From Nitrospirales bacterium (GTDB lineage: Bacteria > Nitrospirota > Nitrospiria > Nitrospirales > UBA8639): a stretch of DNA of 64,000 nt. Below, in pieces: positions 15,001 through 28,223 of the stretch (the first letter of the stretch is position 1; the number at the start of each line of letters is the position of its first letter). The translations under genes were made by a program, and so were the position numbers. Where the stretch lies: assembly GCA_965203295.1 (NCBI GenBank), contig CBDBCZ010000016.1, positions 160,001-224,000 of the forward strand. Direction: 5' to 3'. A model generated the notes under the pieces. The model ran no database searches. It was given only the letters and a program-made list of their open reading frames with translations, and had not been told where the DNA came from.

Positions 15001-18000
15001 CTAGATTTTAAAGTTCATTTAGTTTGGTTAGTGTTAGTTGGTCAAATACAATAAAGTCTTAAGAAGATAGAAATACAGAGGTATAAAGACCAATCCATAA
15101 AAACAGAAAAATATGTAAACTCACCTGTTGAATTGTAGCTTCTGTCTGAATATGTTCCTTCAGGATAATTTTCTTCACTGGATATTCTACATATTTAGGA
15201 GAAATAGTTGTCAATATAATTGTAGGGTTTGGACACACCAGTATAAGTAGTAAGATTAGTCCAATTTCACTGTTCTTGGTCTCACACTAATTCTCATAAA
15301 AAGAAACTATACATACCATTTCTCTGACTCTATTAACCTAGGGTTAGAACGTGTTCAAGATTTAAAAGCTCATTTATATAAGTTTCGCTGGTGTTAGTTG
15401 GTCAAATACAATACAGTCTTAGGAAAATAGGGAAAGATTAGAAAAATTTCAGTGTTCTTGGTCTCACACAAACTTTCATAAAAAGAAACTACATACAATT
15501 CCTCTGACTTTCTTTATTAGACTAGGGTTAGAATGTGTTCAAGATTTAAAAGTTCATTTAGTTTGGTTAGTGTTAGTTGGTCAAATACAATGCAGGCTTA
15601 AGAAGATAGAAATACAGAGGCATAAAGACCAACCTATAAAAAACAGAAAAATAGGTAAACTCACCTGTTGAATTGTAGCTTCTGTCTGAATATGTTCCTT
15701 CAGGATAATTTTCTTCACTGGATATTCTACATATTTAGGAGAAATAGTTGTCAATATAATTGTAGGGTTTGGACACACCAGTGTAAGTAGTAAGATTAGT
15801 CCAATTTCACTGTTCTTGGTCTCACACTAATTCTCATAAAAAGAAACTATACATACCATTTCTCTGACTTTCTTTATTAGCCTAGGTTTAGAATGTGTTC
15901 TAGATTTTAAAGTTCATTTAGTTTGGTTAGTGTTAGTTGGTCAAATACAATAAAGGCTTAAGAACATAGAAATACAGAGGTATAAAGACCAATCCATAAA
16001 AACAGAAAAATATGTAAACTCACCTGTTGAATTGTAGCTTCTGTCTGAATATGTTCCTTCAGGATAATTTTCTTCACTGGATATTCTACATATTTAGGAG
16101 AAATAGTTGTCAATATAATTGTAGGGTTTGGACACACCAGTATAAGTAGTAAGATTAGTCCAATTTCACTGTTCTTGGTCTCACACTAATTCTCATAAAA
16201 AGAAACTATACATACCATTTCTCTGACTCTATTAGCCTAGGGTTAGAACGTGTTCAAGATTTAAAAGCTCATTTATATAAGTTTCGCTGGTGTTAGTTGG
16301 TAAAATACAATACAGTCTTAGGAAAATAGGGAAAGATTAGAAAAATTTCAGTGTTTTTGGTCTCACACAAACTCTCATAAAAAGAAACTACATACAATTT
16401 CTCTGACTTTCTTTATTAGACTAGGGTTAGAACGTGTTCAAGATTTAAAAGTTCATTTAGTTTGGTTAGTGTTAGTTGGTCAAATACAATGCAGGCTTAA
16501 GAAGATAGAAATACAGAGGCATAAAGACCAACCTATAAAAAACAGAAAAATAGGTAAACTCACCTGTTGAATTGTAGCTTCTGTCTGAATAAGTTCCTTC
16601 AGGATAATTTTCTTCACTGGATATTCTACATATTTAGGAGAAATAGTTGTCAATATAATTGTAGGGTTTGGACACACCAGTGTAAGTAGTAAGATTAGTC
16701 CAATTTCCTTGTTCTTGGTCTCACACTAATTCTCATAAAAAGAAACTATACATACCATTTCTCTGACTCTTTTAGCCTACGGTTAGAATGTGTTCAAAAT
16801 TTAAAAACTCATTTATATTAGTTTCGCTGGTGTTAGTTTGTCAAATACAATACAGTCTTAGGAAAATAGGAAAAGATTAGCAAAATTTCAGTGTTCTTGG
16901 TCTCACACTAACTCTCATAAAAAAAACTACATACAATTCCTCTGACTTTCTTTATTAGACTAGGGTTAGAATGTGTTCAAGATTTAAAAGTTTATTTAGT
17001 TTGGTTAGTGTTAGTTGGTCAAATACAATGAGGCTTAAGAAGATAGAAATACAGAGGCATAAAGACCAACCTTTAAAAAACAGAAAAATAGGTAAACTCA
17101 CCTGTTGAATTGTAGCTTCTGTCAGAATATGTTCCTTCAGATTAATTTTCTTCACTGGATATTCTACATATTTAGGATAAATAGTTGTCAATATAATTGT
17201 AGGGTTTGGACACACCAGTACAAGTAGTAAGATTAGTTCTATTTCACTGTTCTTGGTCTCTCACTAACTCTCACAAAAAGAAACTACATACCATTTCTCT
17301 GACTTTCTTTATTAGCCTAGGGTTAGAATGTGTTCTAGATTTAAAAGCTCATTTAGGTCAGCTGGTGTTAGTTGGTTAAATATAATACAGGCTTAAGGAA
17401 GATAAGGTAAGCTTAGTACAATTTCAGAGTTGTTGGTCTCACACTAACACTCTCATCAAAAGAAACTAGATACCAATTCTCTGACTCTCCTTATTAGCCT
17501 AGGTTTAGAATGTGTTCAAGATTTAAAAGCTCATTTAGTTTGGTTAGTTTTAGTTGGTCAAATACAATAAAGGCTTAAGAAGATAGAAATACTGAGGCAT
17601 AAAAACCAACCTGTTAAAAACAAAAAAATAGGTAAACTCACCTGCTGAATTGTAGCTTCTGTATGAATATGTTCCTTCAGGTTAATTTTCTTCACAGGAT
17701 ATTCTACATATTTAGGGGAAATAGCTGTCAATATAATTGTAGGGTTTGGACACACAAGTATAAGTAGTAAGATTAGTCCAATTTCACTGTTCTTGGTCTC
17801 TCACTAACTCTCATAAAAAGAAACTACATACCATTTCTCTGACTCTCTTTATTAGCCTAGGGTTAGAATGTGTTCCAGATTTAAAAGCTCATTTAGTATG
17901 GCTGGTGTTAGTTGGTCAAATACAATACAGGCTTAGGAAGATAGGGAAAGTTTAGCAAAATTTCAGTGTTCTTGGTCTCACACTAACACTCTCATCAAAA

Positions 18001-19830
18001 GAAACTAGTGGCCATTTTTCTGACTTGCTTCATTAGCTTAGGATTACATTGTGTTCAAGATTTAAAAGTTCATTTAGTTTGGTTAGTGTTAGTTGGTCCA
18101 ATACAATAAAGGCTTAAGAAGATAGAAATACAGAGGCATAAAGACCAACCTGTAAAAAACAGAAAAATATGTAAACTCACCTTTTGAATTGTAGCTTCTG
18201 TCTGAATATGTTCCTTCAGGATAATTTTCTTCACTGGATATTCTACATATTTAGGAGAAATAGTTGTAAATATAATAGTAGGGTTTGGACACACCAGTAT
18301 AAGTAGTAAGATTAGTCCAATTTCACTGTTTTTGGTCTCACACTAACTCTCATAAAAAGAAACTATAGATACCATTTCTCTGACACTATTAGCCTAGGGT
18401 TAGAATGTTTTCAAGAATTAAAAGCTCATTTATATTAGTTTCGCTGGTGTTAGTTGGTCAAATACAATACAGTCTTAGGGAAATAGGGAAAGATTAGCAA
18501 AATTACAGTGTTCTTGGTCTCACACTAACACTCATCAAAAGAAACTAGATACCATTGTTCTGACTTGCTTCATTAACCTTGGATTACAATGTGTTCAAGA
18601 TTTAAAAGCTCTTTTAGTTTGGTTAGTTTTAGTTGGTTAAATACAATACAGGCTTAAGAAGATAGAAATACAGAGGCATAAAGACCAACCCATAAAAAAC
18701 AGAAAATTAGGTAATCTCACCTGTTAAATTGTAGCTTCTGTCAGAATATGTTCCTTCAGGTTAATTTTCTTCACTGGATATTCTACATATTTAGGAGAAA
18801 TAGTTGTCAATATAATTGTAGGGTTTGGACACACCAGTATAAGTAGTAAGATTAGTCCAATTTCACTGTTCTTGGTCTCAAACTAACTCTCATAAAAAAA
18901 AACTACATACAATTTCTCTGACTCTCTTTATTAGCCGAGGGTTAGAATGTGTTCAAGATTTAAAAGCTCATTTAGTTTTACTGGTGTTAGTTGGTCAAAT
19001 ACAATACAGGCTTAAGGAAGATAAGGTAAGCTTAGTACAATTTCAGAGTTGTTGGTCTTACACTAACACTCTCATCAAAAGAAACTAGATACCATTGTTC
19101 TGACTTGCTTCATTAGCCTAGGATTACAATGTGTTCAAGATTTAAAAGTTCATTTAGTTTGGTTAGTGTTAGTTGGTCAAATACAATAAAGGCTTAAGAA
19201 GATTCTTTATTAGCCTAGGTTTAGAATGTGTTCTAGATTTTAAAGTTCATTTAGTTTGGTTAGTGTTAGTTGGTCAAATACAATAAAGGCTTAAGAACAT
19301 AGAAATACAGAGGTATAAAGACCAATCCATAAAAATTTCAGTGTTCTTGGTCTCACACTAACACTCTCATCAAAAGAAACTAGTGGCCATTTTTCTGAAA
19401 CAGAAAAATATGTAAGCTCATTTAGTATGGCTGGTGTTAGTTGGTCAAATACAATACAGGCTTAGGAAGATAGGGAAAGTTTAGCAAAATTTCAGTGTTC
19501 TTGGTGTCACACTAACACTCTCATCAAAAGAAACTAGTGGCCATTTTTCTGACTTGCTTCATTAGCTTAGGATTACATTGTGTTCAAGATTTAAAAGTTC
19601 ATTTAGTTTGGTTAGTGTTAGTTGGTCAAATACAATAAAGGCTTAAGAAGATAGAAATACAGAGGCATAAAGACCAACCTGAAAAAACAGAAAAATATGT
19701 AAACTCACCTGTTGAATTGTAGCTTCTGTCTGAATATGTTCCTTCAGGATAATTTTCTTCACTGGATATTCTACATATTTAGGAGAAATAGTTGTAAATA
19801 TAATAGCAGGGTTTGGACACACCAGTATAA
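1..19830 (+). repeat. Satellite 1, left array: AT-rich tandem repeat of 180-bp monomer A and ~180-bp monomer B variants in AB (360 bp) and ABB (540 bp) units
   Basis: Monomer A (atagaaatacagaggcataaagacc...ggtttggacacaccagtata, 1-180) recurs every ~360 or ~540 bp (ORF-track hits ending at 5176, 5716, 6256). Monomer B (...ttggtctcacactaactctc...gttcaagatttaaaag...ggtcaaatacaatacaggcttaag) fills the gaps. The array runs off the left edge of the window. Confidence 0.97.
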
Positions 19831-20424
19831 CGCAGGAATCGCGATGGGACGGTGTAGCAGGTCTCATGCCCTCCCAGTGTCGTGGCCTACAACCACTATA
19901 TGGGGGGAGTGGACAGAGGAGACCAGCTCAGGCAGTACTACAGAGTCAGGTGTAAAACCAGGAAAGCTTACCGGTACATCTTCTGGTTCCTCTTTGACAG
20001 CTGCATTGTCAATGCATACATCCTCCACAAGAGGTTTGTACCGGTGACAGAAATGAGCACCACGAAGGCCACAGTACGAACCTTCCGGTTACGTCTGGCT
20101 GAGGGCCTCATCGGCCAGTACTGTTCTCGGCAACGATACTGCCTCCCGAGACCAGTCCGAGATGCTGCCCAGGCCAGCCTAACACCACCTGTGAAGCGAC
20201 GCCGGGGGGAGACAGGCTCTCCTCACCATCGAGGCACTGACTGCCACTTTCCCATCAAAGGACATCGGAGTAGGTGCGTCTACTGCTGGAACATGAGAGG
20301 CCATCGGCGCATTGAAACGAACATCAGGTGCAGGCAGTGTGGGACAGCTCTTTGCGCAACAGCACAGGATCCCCCCCTTGATGGCCCATCCTGTTTCGAG
20401 CGCTATCACACGGAGTGTCTGTGA
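19831..20424 (+). pseudogene. piggyBac transposase (PGBD-like) C-terminal fragment
   Basis: Frame from 19831 reads RRNRDGTV*QVSCPPSVVAYNHYMGGVDRGDQLRQYY...IFWFLFDSCIVNAYIL (YN..MGGVD..DQ motif), followed by a Cys-rich end RCVYC...RCRQCGTALC...SCFERYH. In-frame TAG at 19855 and no N-terminus. Confidence 0.9.
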
Positions 20425-20839
20425 GGGAGACCGCGTGATCGTACTCGTGTTATCCACCTACAAAACAGCTCTTTAAATAGCTATACATTCTTTCTGATTG
20501 CCCTTTATGACATCCTGTATATTATACCCTTTGTTCTTGTTACAATAAGTACAGGTACACACTGAACAAACATCAAACTTGTTACTTACCGTGCCTACCG
20601 TGAAATCTCGGGAAAGGTGCCGTTCTGGTTGGTTCGGTTCCTGTTCGTTCGGGATGTGACTACCACAATTCGAGAGCGCGACTTTTGTACTTTTCGAAAA
20701 TAGTAACGTGTCTGTGTAAAATTTTCTTCGATTTCAAGTTAGAGCTCGAGAAAGCCACCGGCATCAAAATCACGCGTTCTTCATGAAATCCTGTGGGCAC
20801 GTGGCGAATCATTTCCGGTTACGTACGGGCTATAATGGG
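19831..20839 (+). mobile_element. piggyBac-superfamily DNA transposon, 3' half only, with intact right end
   Basis: Transposase C-terminus followed by ~415 bp of non-coding sequence ending ...cgggctataatGGG, then TTAA at 20840-20843, the canonical piggyBac end and target site. The TTAA belongs to the satellite motif cttaagcctgtattg. No left end is present. Confidence 0.9.
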
Positions 20840-23800
20840 TTAAGCCTGTATTGTATTTGACCAACTAACACCAGCCAAAATAAATGAGCTTTTAAATCTT
20901 GAACACATTCTAACCCTAGGCTAATAAAGAGAGTCAGAGAAATTGTATGTAGTTTCTTTTTATGAGAGTTAGTTTGAGACCAAGAACAGTGAAATTGGAC
21001 TAATCTTACTACTTATACTGGTGTGTCCAAACCCTACAATTATATTGACAGCTATTTCTCCTAAATATGTAGAAGATCCAGTGCAGAAAATTAACCTGAA
21101 GGAACATATTCAGACAGAAGCTACAATTCAACAGGTGAGTTTACCTATTTTTCTGTTTTTTACGGGTTGGTCTTTATGCCTCTGTATTTCTATCTTCTTA
21201 AGCCTTTATTGCATTTGACCAACTAACACTAACCAAACTAAATGAACTTTTAAATCTTCAACACATTGTAATCCTAGGCTAATGAAGCAAGTCAGAACAA
21301 TGGTATCTAGTTTCTTTTGATGAGAGTGTTAGTGTGAGACCAAGAACTCTGAAATTTTTCTAATCTTACCCTATCATCCTAAGCCTGTATTGTATTTGCC
21401 CAACTAACACCAGCCAAACTAAATGAGCTTTTAAATCTTGAACACATTCTAACCCTAGGCTAATGAAGAGAGTCAGAACAATGGTATGTAGTTTCTTTTG
21501 ATGAGAGTGTTAGTGTGAGACCAAGAACACTGAAATTTTGCTAAACTTTCCCTATCTTCCTAAGCCTGTATTGTATTTGACCGTCTAACACCAGCCATAC
21601 TAAATCAGCTTTTAAATCTAGAACACATTCTAACCCTAGGCTAATAAAGAGAGTCAGAGAATTGCTATGTAGTTTCTTTTTATGAGAGTTAGTGTGAGAC
21701 CAAGAACAGTGAAATTGAACTGATCTTACTACTTATACTGGTGTTTCCAAACCCTACAATTATATTGACAACTATTTCTCCTAAATATGTAGAATATCCA
21801 GTGAAGAAAATTATTAACCTGAAGGAACATATTCAGACAGAAGCTACAATTCAACAGATGAGTTTACCTATTTTTCTGTTTTTTACAGGTTGGTCTTTAT
21901 GCCTCTGTATTTCTATCTTCTTAAGCCTGTATTGTATTTGACCAACTAAAACTAACCAAACTAAATAAAAATTTAGATCTTGAACACATTGTAATCCTAG
22001 GCTATGGAAGCAAGTCAGAAAAATGGTATCTAGTTTCTTTTGATGAGAGTGTGTGTGAGATCAAGAACACTGAAATTTTGCTCATCTTACCCTATCTTCC
22101 TTAGCCTGTATTGTATTTGCCCAACTAACACCAGCCAAACTAAATGAGCTTTTAAATCTTGAACACATTCTAACCCTAGGCTAATAAAGAGAGTCAGAGA
22201 AATTGTAGGTAGTTTCTTTTTATGAGAGTTAGTTTAAGACCAAGAACAGCGAAATTGGACTAATCTTACTACTTATACTGGTGTGTCCAAACCCTACAAT
22301 TATATTGACAGCTATTTCTCCTAAATATGTAGAATATCCAGTGAAGAAAATTAACCTGAAGGAACATATTCAGACAGAAGCTACAATTAAACAGGTGAGT
22401 TTACATATTTTTCTGTTTTTATGGGTTGGTCTTTATACCTCTGTATTTCTATCTTCTCAAGCCTGTATTGTATTAGACCAACTAAAACTAACCAAACTAA
22501 ATGAGCTTTTAAATCTTGAACACATTGTAATCCTAGGCTAATGAAGCAAGTCAGAAAAATGGCATCTAGTTTCTTTTGATGAGAGTGTTAGTGTGAGACC
22601 AAGAACTCTGAAATTTTTCTAATCTTACCCTATCATTTTAAGCCTGTATTGTATTTGCCCAACTAACACCAGCCAAACTAAATGAGCTTTTAAATCTTAA
22701 ACACATTCTAACCCTAGGCTAAAAAGACAGTCAGAGAATTGGTATGTCGTTTCTTTTGATGAGAGTGTTAGTGTGAGACCAACAACTCTGAAATTGTACT
22801 AAGCTTACCTTATCTTCCTTAAGCCTGTATTGTATTTGACCAACTAACACCAGCCAAACTAAATGAGCTTTTAAATCTTGAACACATTCTAACCCTAGGC
22901 TAATAAAGAGAGTGAGAGAAATTGTATGTAGTTTCTTTTTATGAGAGTTAGTTTAAGACCAAGAACAGTGAGATTGGACTAATCTTACTACTTATACTGG
23001 TGTGTCCAAACCCTACAATTATATTGACAGCTATTTCTCCTAAATATGTAGAATATCCAGTGAAGAAAATTAACCTGAAGGAACATATTCAGACAGAAGC
23101 TACAATTCAACAGGTGAGTTTACCTATTTTTCTGTTTTTATGGGTTGGTCTTTATACCTCTGTATTTCTATCTTCTCAAGCCTGTATTGTATTTAACCAA
23201 CTAAAACCAACCAAACTAAATAAGCTTTAAAATCTTGAACACATTGTAATCCTAGGCTAATGAAGCAAGTCAGAAAAATGGTATCTAGTTTCTTTTGATG
23301 AGAGTGTTAGTGTGAGACCAAGAACTCTGAAATTTTTCTAATCTTACCCTATCATCCTAAGCCTGTATTGTATTTGCCCAACTAACACCAGCCAAACTAA
23401 ATGAGCTTTTAAATCTTAAACACATTCTAACCCTAGGCTAAAAACACAGTCAGAGAATTGGTATGTAGTTTCTTTTGATGAGAGTCTTAGTGTGAGACCA
23501 ACAACTCTGAAATTGTACTAAGCTTACCTTATCTTCCTTAAGCCTGTATTGTATTTGACCAACTAACACCAGCCAACCTAAATGAGCTTTTAAATCTTGA
23601 ACACATTCTAACCCTAGGCTAATAAAGAGAGTCAGAGAAATTGTATGTAGTTTCTTTTTATGAGAGTTAGTTTGAGATCAAGAACAGTGAAATTGGACTA
23701 ATCTTACTACTTATACTGGTGTGTCCAAACCCTACAATTATATTGACAGCTATTTCTCCTAAATATGTAGAATATCCAGTAAAGAAAATTAACCTGAAGG

Positions 23801-26800
23801 AACATATTGAGACAGAAGCTACAATTAAACAGGTGAGTTTACCTATTTTTATGTTTTTATGGATTGGTCTTTATACCTCTGTATTTCTATCTTCTTAAGC
23901 CTGTATTGTATTTGCCCAACTAACACCAGCCAAACTAAATGAGCTTTTAAATCTTGAACACATTGTAACCCTAGGCTAATAAAGAGAGTCAGAACAATGG
24001 TATCTAGTTTCTTTTGATGAGAGTGTTAGCGTGAGACCAAGATCACTGAAATTTTGCTAATCTTACTCTATCATCCTAAGCCTGTATTGTATTTGCCCAA
24101 CTAACACCAGCCAAACTAAATGAGCTTTTAAATCTTAAACACATTCTAACCCTAGGCTAAAAAGACAGGCAGAGAATTGGTATGTCGTTTCTTTTCATGA
24201 GAGTGTTAGTGTGAGACCAACAACTCTGAAATTGTACTAAGCTTACCTTATCTTCCTTAAGCCTGTATTGTATTTGACCAACTAACACATGCCAAGCTAA
24301 ATGAGCTTTTAAATCTTGAACACATTCTAACCTAAAGAGAGTCAGAGAAATTGTATGTAGTTCCTTTTTATGAGAGTTAGTGTGAGACTAAGAACAGTAA
24401 AATTGGACTAATCTTACTAAATATACTGGTGTGTCCAAACCCTACAATTATATTGACAGCTATTTCTCCTAAATATGTAGAATATCCAGTGGAGAAAATT
24501 AACCTGAAGGAACATATTCAGACAGAAGCTACAATTAAACAGGTGAGTTTATTTTTCTGTTTTTATGGGTTGGTCTTTATACCTCTGTATTTGTATCTTC
24601 TCAAGCCTGTATTGTATTTGACCAACTAAAACTAACCAAACTAAATGAGCTTTTAAATCTTGAACACATTGTAATCCTAGGCTAATGAAGCAAGTCAGAA
24701 AAATGGTATCTAGTTTCTTTTGATGAGAGTGATAGTGTGAGACCAAGAACTCTGAATTTTTTCTAATCTTACCCTATCTTCCGAAGCCTGTATTGTATTT
24801 GACCAACTAACACCAGCCAAACTAAATGAGCTTTTAAATCTTGAACACATTCTAAACCTAAGCTAAAAAGAGAGTCAGAGAATTGGTATGTAGTTTCTTT
24901 TGATGAGAGTGTTAGTGTGAGACCAACAACTCTGAAATTGTACTAATCTTACCTTATCTTTCTAAAGCCTGTATTGTATTTGACCAACTAACACCAGCCA
25001 AACTAAATGAGCATTTAAATCTTGAACACATTCTAACCCTAGGCTAATAAAGAGAGTCAGAGAAATGCTATGTAGTTTCTTTTAATGAGAGTTAGTGTGA
25101 GACCAAGAACAGTGAAATTGGACTACTTATACTGGTGTGTCCAAACCCTACAATTATATTGACAACTATTTCTCCTAAATATGTAGAATATCCAGTGAAG
25201 AAAATTAATCTGAAGGAACAAATTCAGACAGAAGCTACAATTCAATAGGTGAGTTAACATATTTGTCTGTTTTTATGGGTTGGTCTTTATACCTCTGAAT
25301 TTCTATCTTCTTAAGCCTGTATTGTATTTGACCAACTAAAACTAACCAAACTAAATGAGCTTTTAAATCTTGAACACATTGTAAACTTAGGCTAATGAAG
25401 CAAGTCGGACAAATGGTATCTAGTTTCTTTTGATGAGAGTGTTAGTGTGAGACCAAGAACTCTGAATTTTTTTCTAATCTTTCCCTATCTTCCTAAGCCT
25501 GTATTGTATTTGACCAACTAACACTAACCAAACTAAATGAACATTTAAATCTTGAACACATTGTAATCCTAGGCTAATGAAGCAAGTCAGAAAAATGGTA
25601 TCTAGTTTTTTTGATGAGAGTGTTAGTGTGATACCAAGAACACTGAAATTTTGCTAAACTTTCCCTATCTTCATAAGCCTTTGACCAACTGACACCAGCC
25701 AAACTAAATGAACTTTTAAATCTTGAACACATTGTAATCCTAGGCTAATGAAGCAAGTCAGAAAAATGGTATCTAGTTTCTTTTGATGAGAGTGTTAGTG
25801 TGAGACCAAGAACTCTGAATTTTTTCTAATCTTACCCTATCTTCCGAAGCCTGTATTGTATTTGACCAACTAACACCAGCCAAACTAAATGAGCTTTTAA
25901 ATCTTGAACACATTCTAAACCTAAGCTAAAAAGAGAGTCAGAGAATTGGTATGTAGTTTCTTTTGATGAGAGTGTTAGTGTGAGACCAACAACTCTGAAA
26001 TTGTACTAATCTTACCTTATCTTTCTAAAGCCTGTTTTGTATTTGACCAACTAACACCAGCCAAACTAAATGAGCATTTAAATCTTGAACACATTCTAAC
26101 CCTAGGCTAATAAAGAGAGTCAGAGAAATGCTATGTAGTTTCTTTTAATGAGAGTTAGTGTGAGACCAAGAACAGTGAAATTGGACTACTTATACTGGTG
26201 TGTCCAAACCCTACAATTATATTGACAACTATTTCTCCTAAATATGTAGAATATCCAGTGAAGAAAATTAATCTGAAGGAACAAATTCAGACAGAAGCTA
26301 CAATTAAACAGGTGAGTTTACCTATTTGTCTGTTTTTTACAGGTTGGTCTTTATGCCTCTGTATTTCTATCTTCTTAAGCCTCTATTGTATTTGACCAAC
26401 TAACACTAACCAAACTAAATGAACTTTTAAATTTTGAACACATTGTAATCCTAGGCTAATGAAGCAAGTCAGAACAATTCTATCTAGTTTCTTTTGATGA
26501 GAGTATTAGTGTGAGACCAAGAACACTGAAATTTTGCTAATCTTTCCCTATCTTCCTAAGCCTGAATTGAATTTGACCAACTAACACCAGCCAAACTAAA
26601 TGAGCTTTTAAATCTTGAACACATTGTAATTTTAGGCTAATGAAGCAAGTCAGAACAATGGTATCTAGTTTCTTTCGATGAGAGTGTTAGTGTGAGACCA
26701 ACAACTCTGAAATTTTGCTAATCTTACCCTATCATCCTAAGCCTGTATTGTATTTGCCCAACTAACACCAGCCAAACTAAATGAGCTTTTAAATCTTGAA

Positions 26801-28223
26801 CACATTCTAACCCTAGGCTAATAAAGAGAGTCAGAGAAATTGTATGTAGTTTCTTTTGATGAGAGTTAGTTTAAGACCAAGAACAGTGAAATTGGACTAA
26901 TCTTACTACTTATACTGGTGTGTCCAAACCCTACAATTATATTGACAGCTATTTCTCCTAAATATGTAGAGTATCCAGAGAAGAAAATTAACCTGAATGA
27001 ACATATTCAGACAGAAGGTACAATTAAACAGGTGAGTTTACCTATTTTTCTGTTTTTATGGGTTGGTCTTTATACCTCTGTATTTCTATCTTCTCAAGCC
27101 TGTATTGTATTTGACCAACTAAAACTAACCAAACTAAAAGAGCTTTTAAATCTTGAACACATTGTAATCCTAGGGTAATGAAGCAAGTCAGAAAAATGGT
27201 ATCTAGTTTCTTTTGATGAGAGTGTTAGTGTGAGACCACGAACTCTGAATTTTTTCTAATCTTACCCTATCTTCCGAAGCCTGTATTGTATTTGACCAAC
27301 TAACACCAGCCAAACTAAATGAGCTTTTAAATCTTGAACACATTCTAAACCTAAGCTAAAAAGAGAGTCAGAGAATTGGTATGTAGTTTCTTTTGATGAG
27401 AGTGTTAGTGTGAGACCAACAACTCTGAAATTGTACTAATCTTACCTTATCTTTCTAAAGCCTGTTTTGTATTTGACCAACTAACAGCAGCCAAACTAAA
27501 TGAGCATTTAAATCTTGAACACATTCTAACCCTAGGCTAATAAAGAGAGTCAGAGAAATTGTATGTATTTTCTTTTTATGAGAGTTAGTTTAAGACCAAG
27601 AACAGTGAAATTGGACTAATCTTACTACTTATACTGGTGTTTCCAAACCCTACAATTATATCGACAGCTATTTCTCCTAAATATGTAGAATATCCAGTGA
27701 AGAAAATTAACCTGAAGTAACATATTCAGACAGAAGCTACAATTAAACAGGTGAGTTTACCTATTTTTCTGTTTTTATGGGTTGGTCTTTATGCTTCTGT
27801 GTTTGTATCTTCTTAAGCCTGTATTGTATTTGACCAACTAAAACTAACCAAACTTAATGAGCTTTTAAATCTTGAACACATTGTAATCCTAGGCTAATGA
27901 AGCAAGTCAGAACAATTGTATCTAGTTTCTTTTGATGAGAGTGTTAGTGTGAGACCAAGAACTCTGAAATTTTACCCTATCTTCCTAAGCCTGTATTGTA
28001 TTTGACTAACTAACACCAGCCAAACTAAATGAGCTTTTAAATCTTGAACACATTCTAAACGTAAGCTAAAAAGAGAGTCAGAGAATTGGTATGTAGTTTC
28101 TTTTGATGAGAGTGTTAGTGTGAGACCAACAACTCTGAAATTTTTCTAATCTTACCCTATCTTCCTAAGCCTTTAATTGTATTTGACCAACTAACACCAG
28201 CCAAACTAAATGAGCTTTTAAAT
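20840..28223 (-). repeat. Satellite 1, right array in inverted orientation, mostly ABBB (~720 bp) units
   Basis: Reverse complement of the left-array monomers. A-monomer landmarks lie at 21021, 21741, 22281, 23000, 23719, 24429, 25135, 26198, 26918 and 27637. Confidence 0.97.

Noticed and set aside
508..27178. Dozens of near-identical 60-86 aa ORFs (MCPNPTIILTTISPKYVEY...) as a tandem gene family
   Set aside because: They are translations of satellite monomers with non-ATG starts, variable frameshifts and no recognisable domain.
1..28223. CRISPR-like repeat-spacer array
   Set aside because: Everything between the recurring motifs is itself repeated, there are no unique spacers or cas genes, and the context is eukaryotic.
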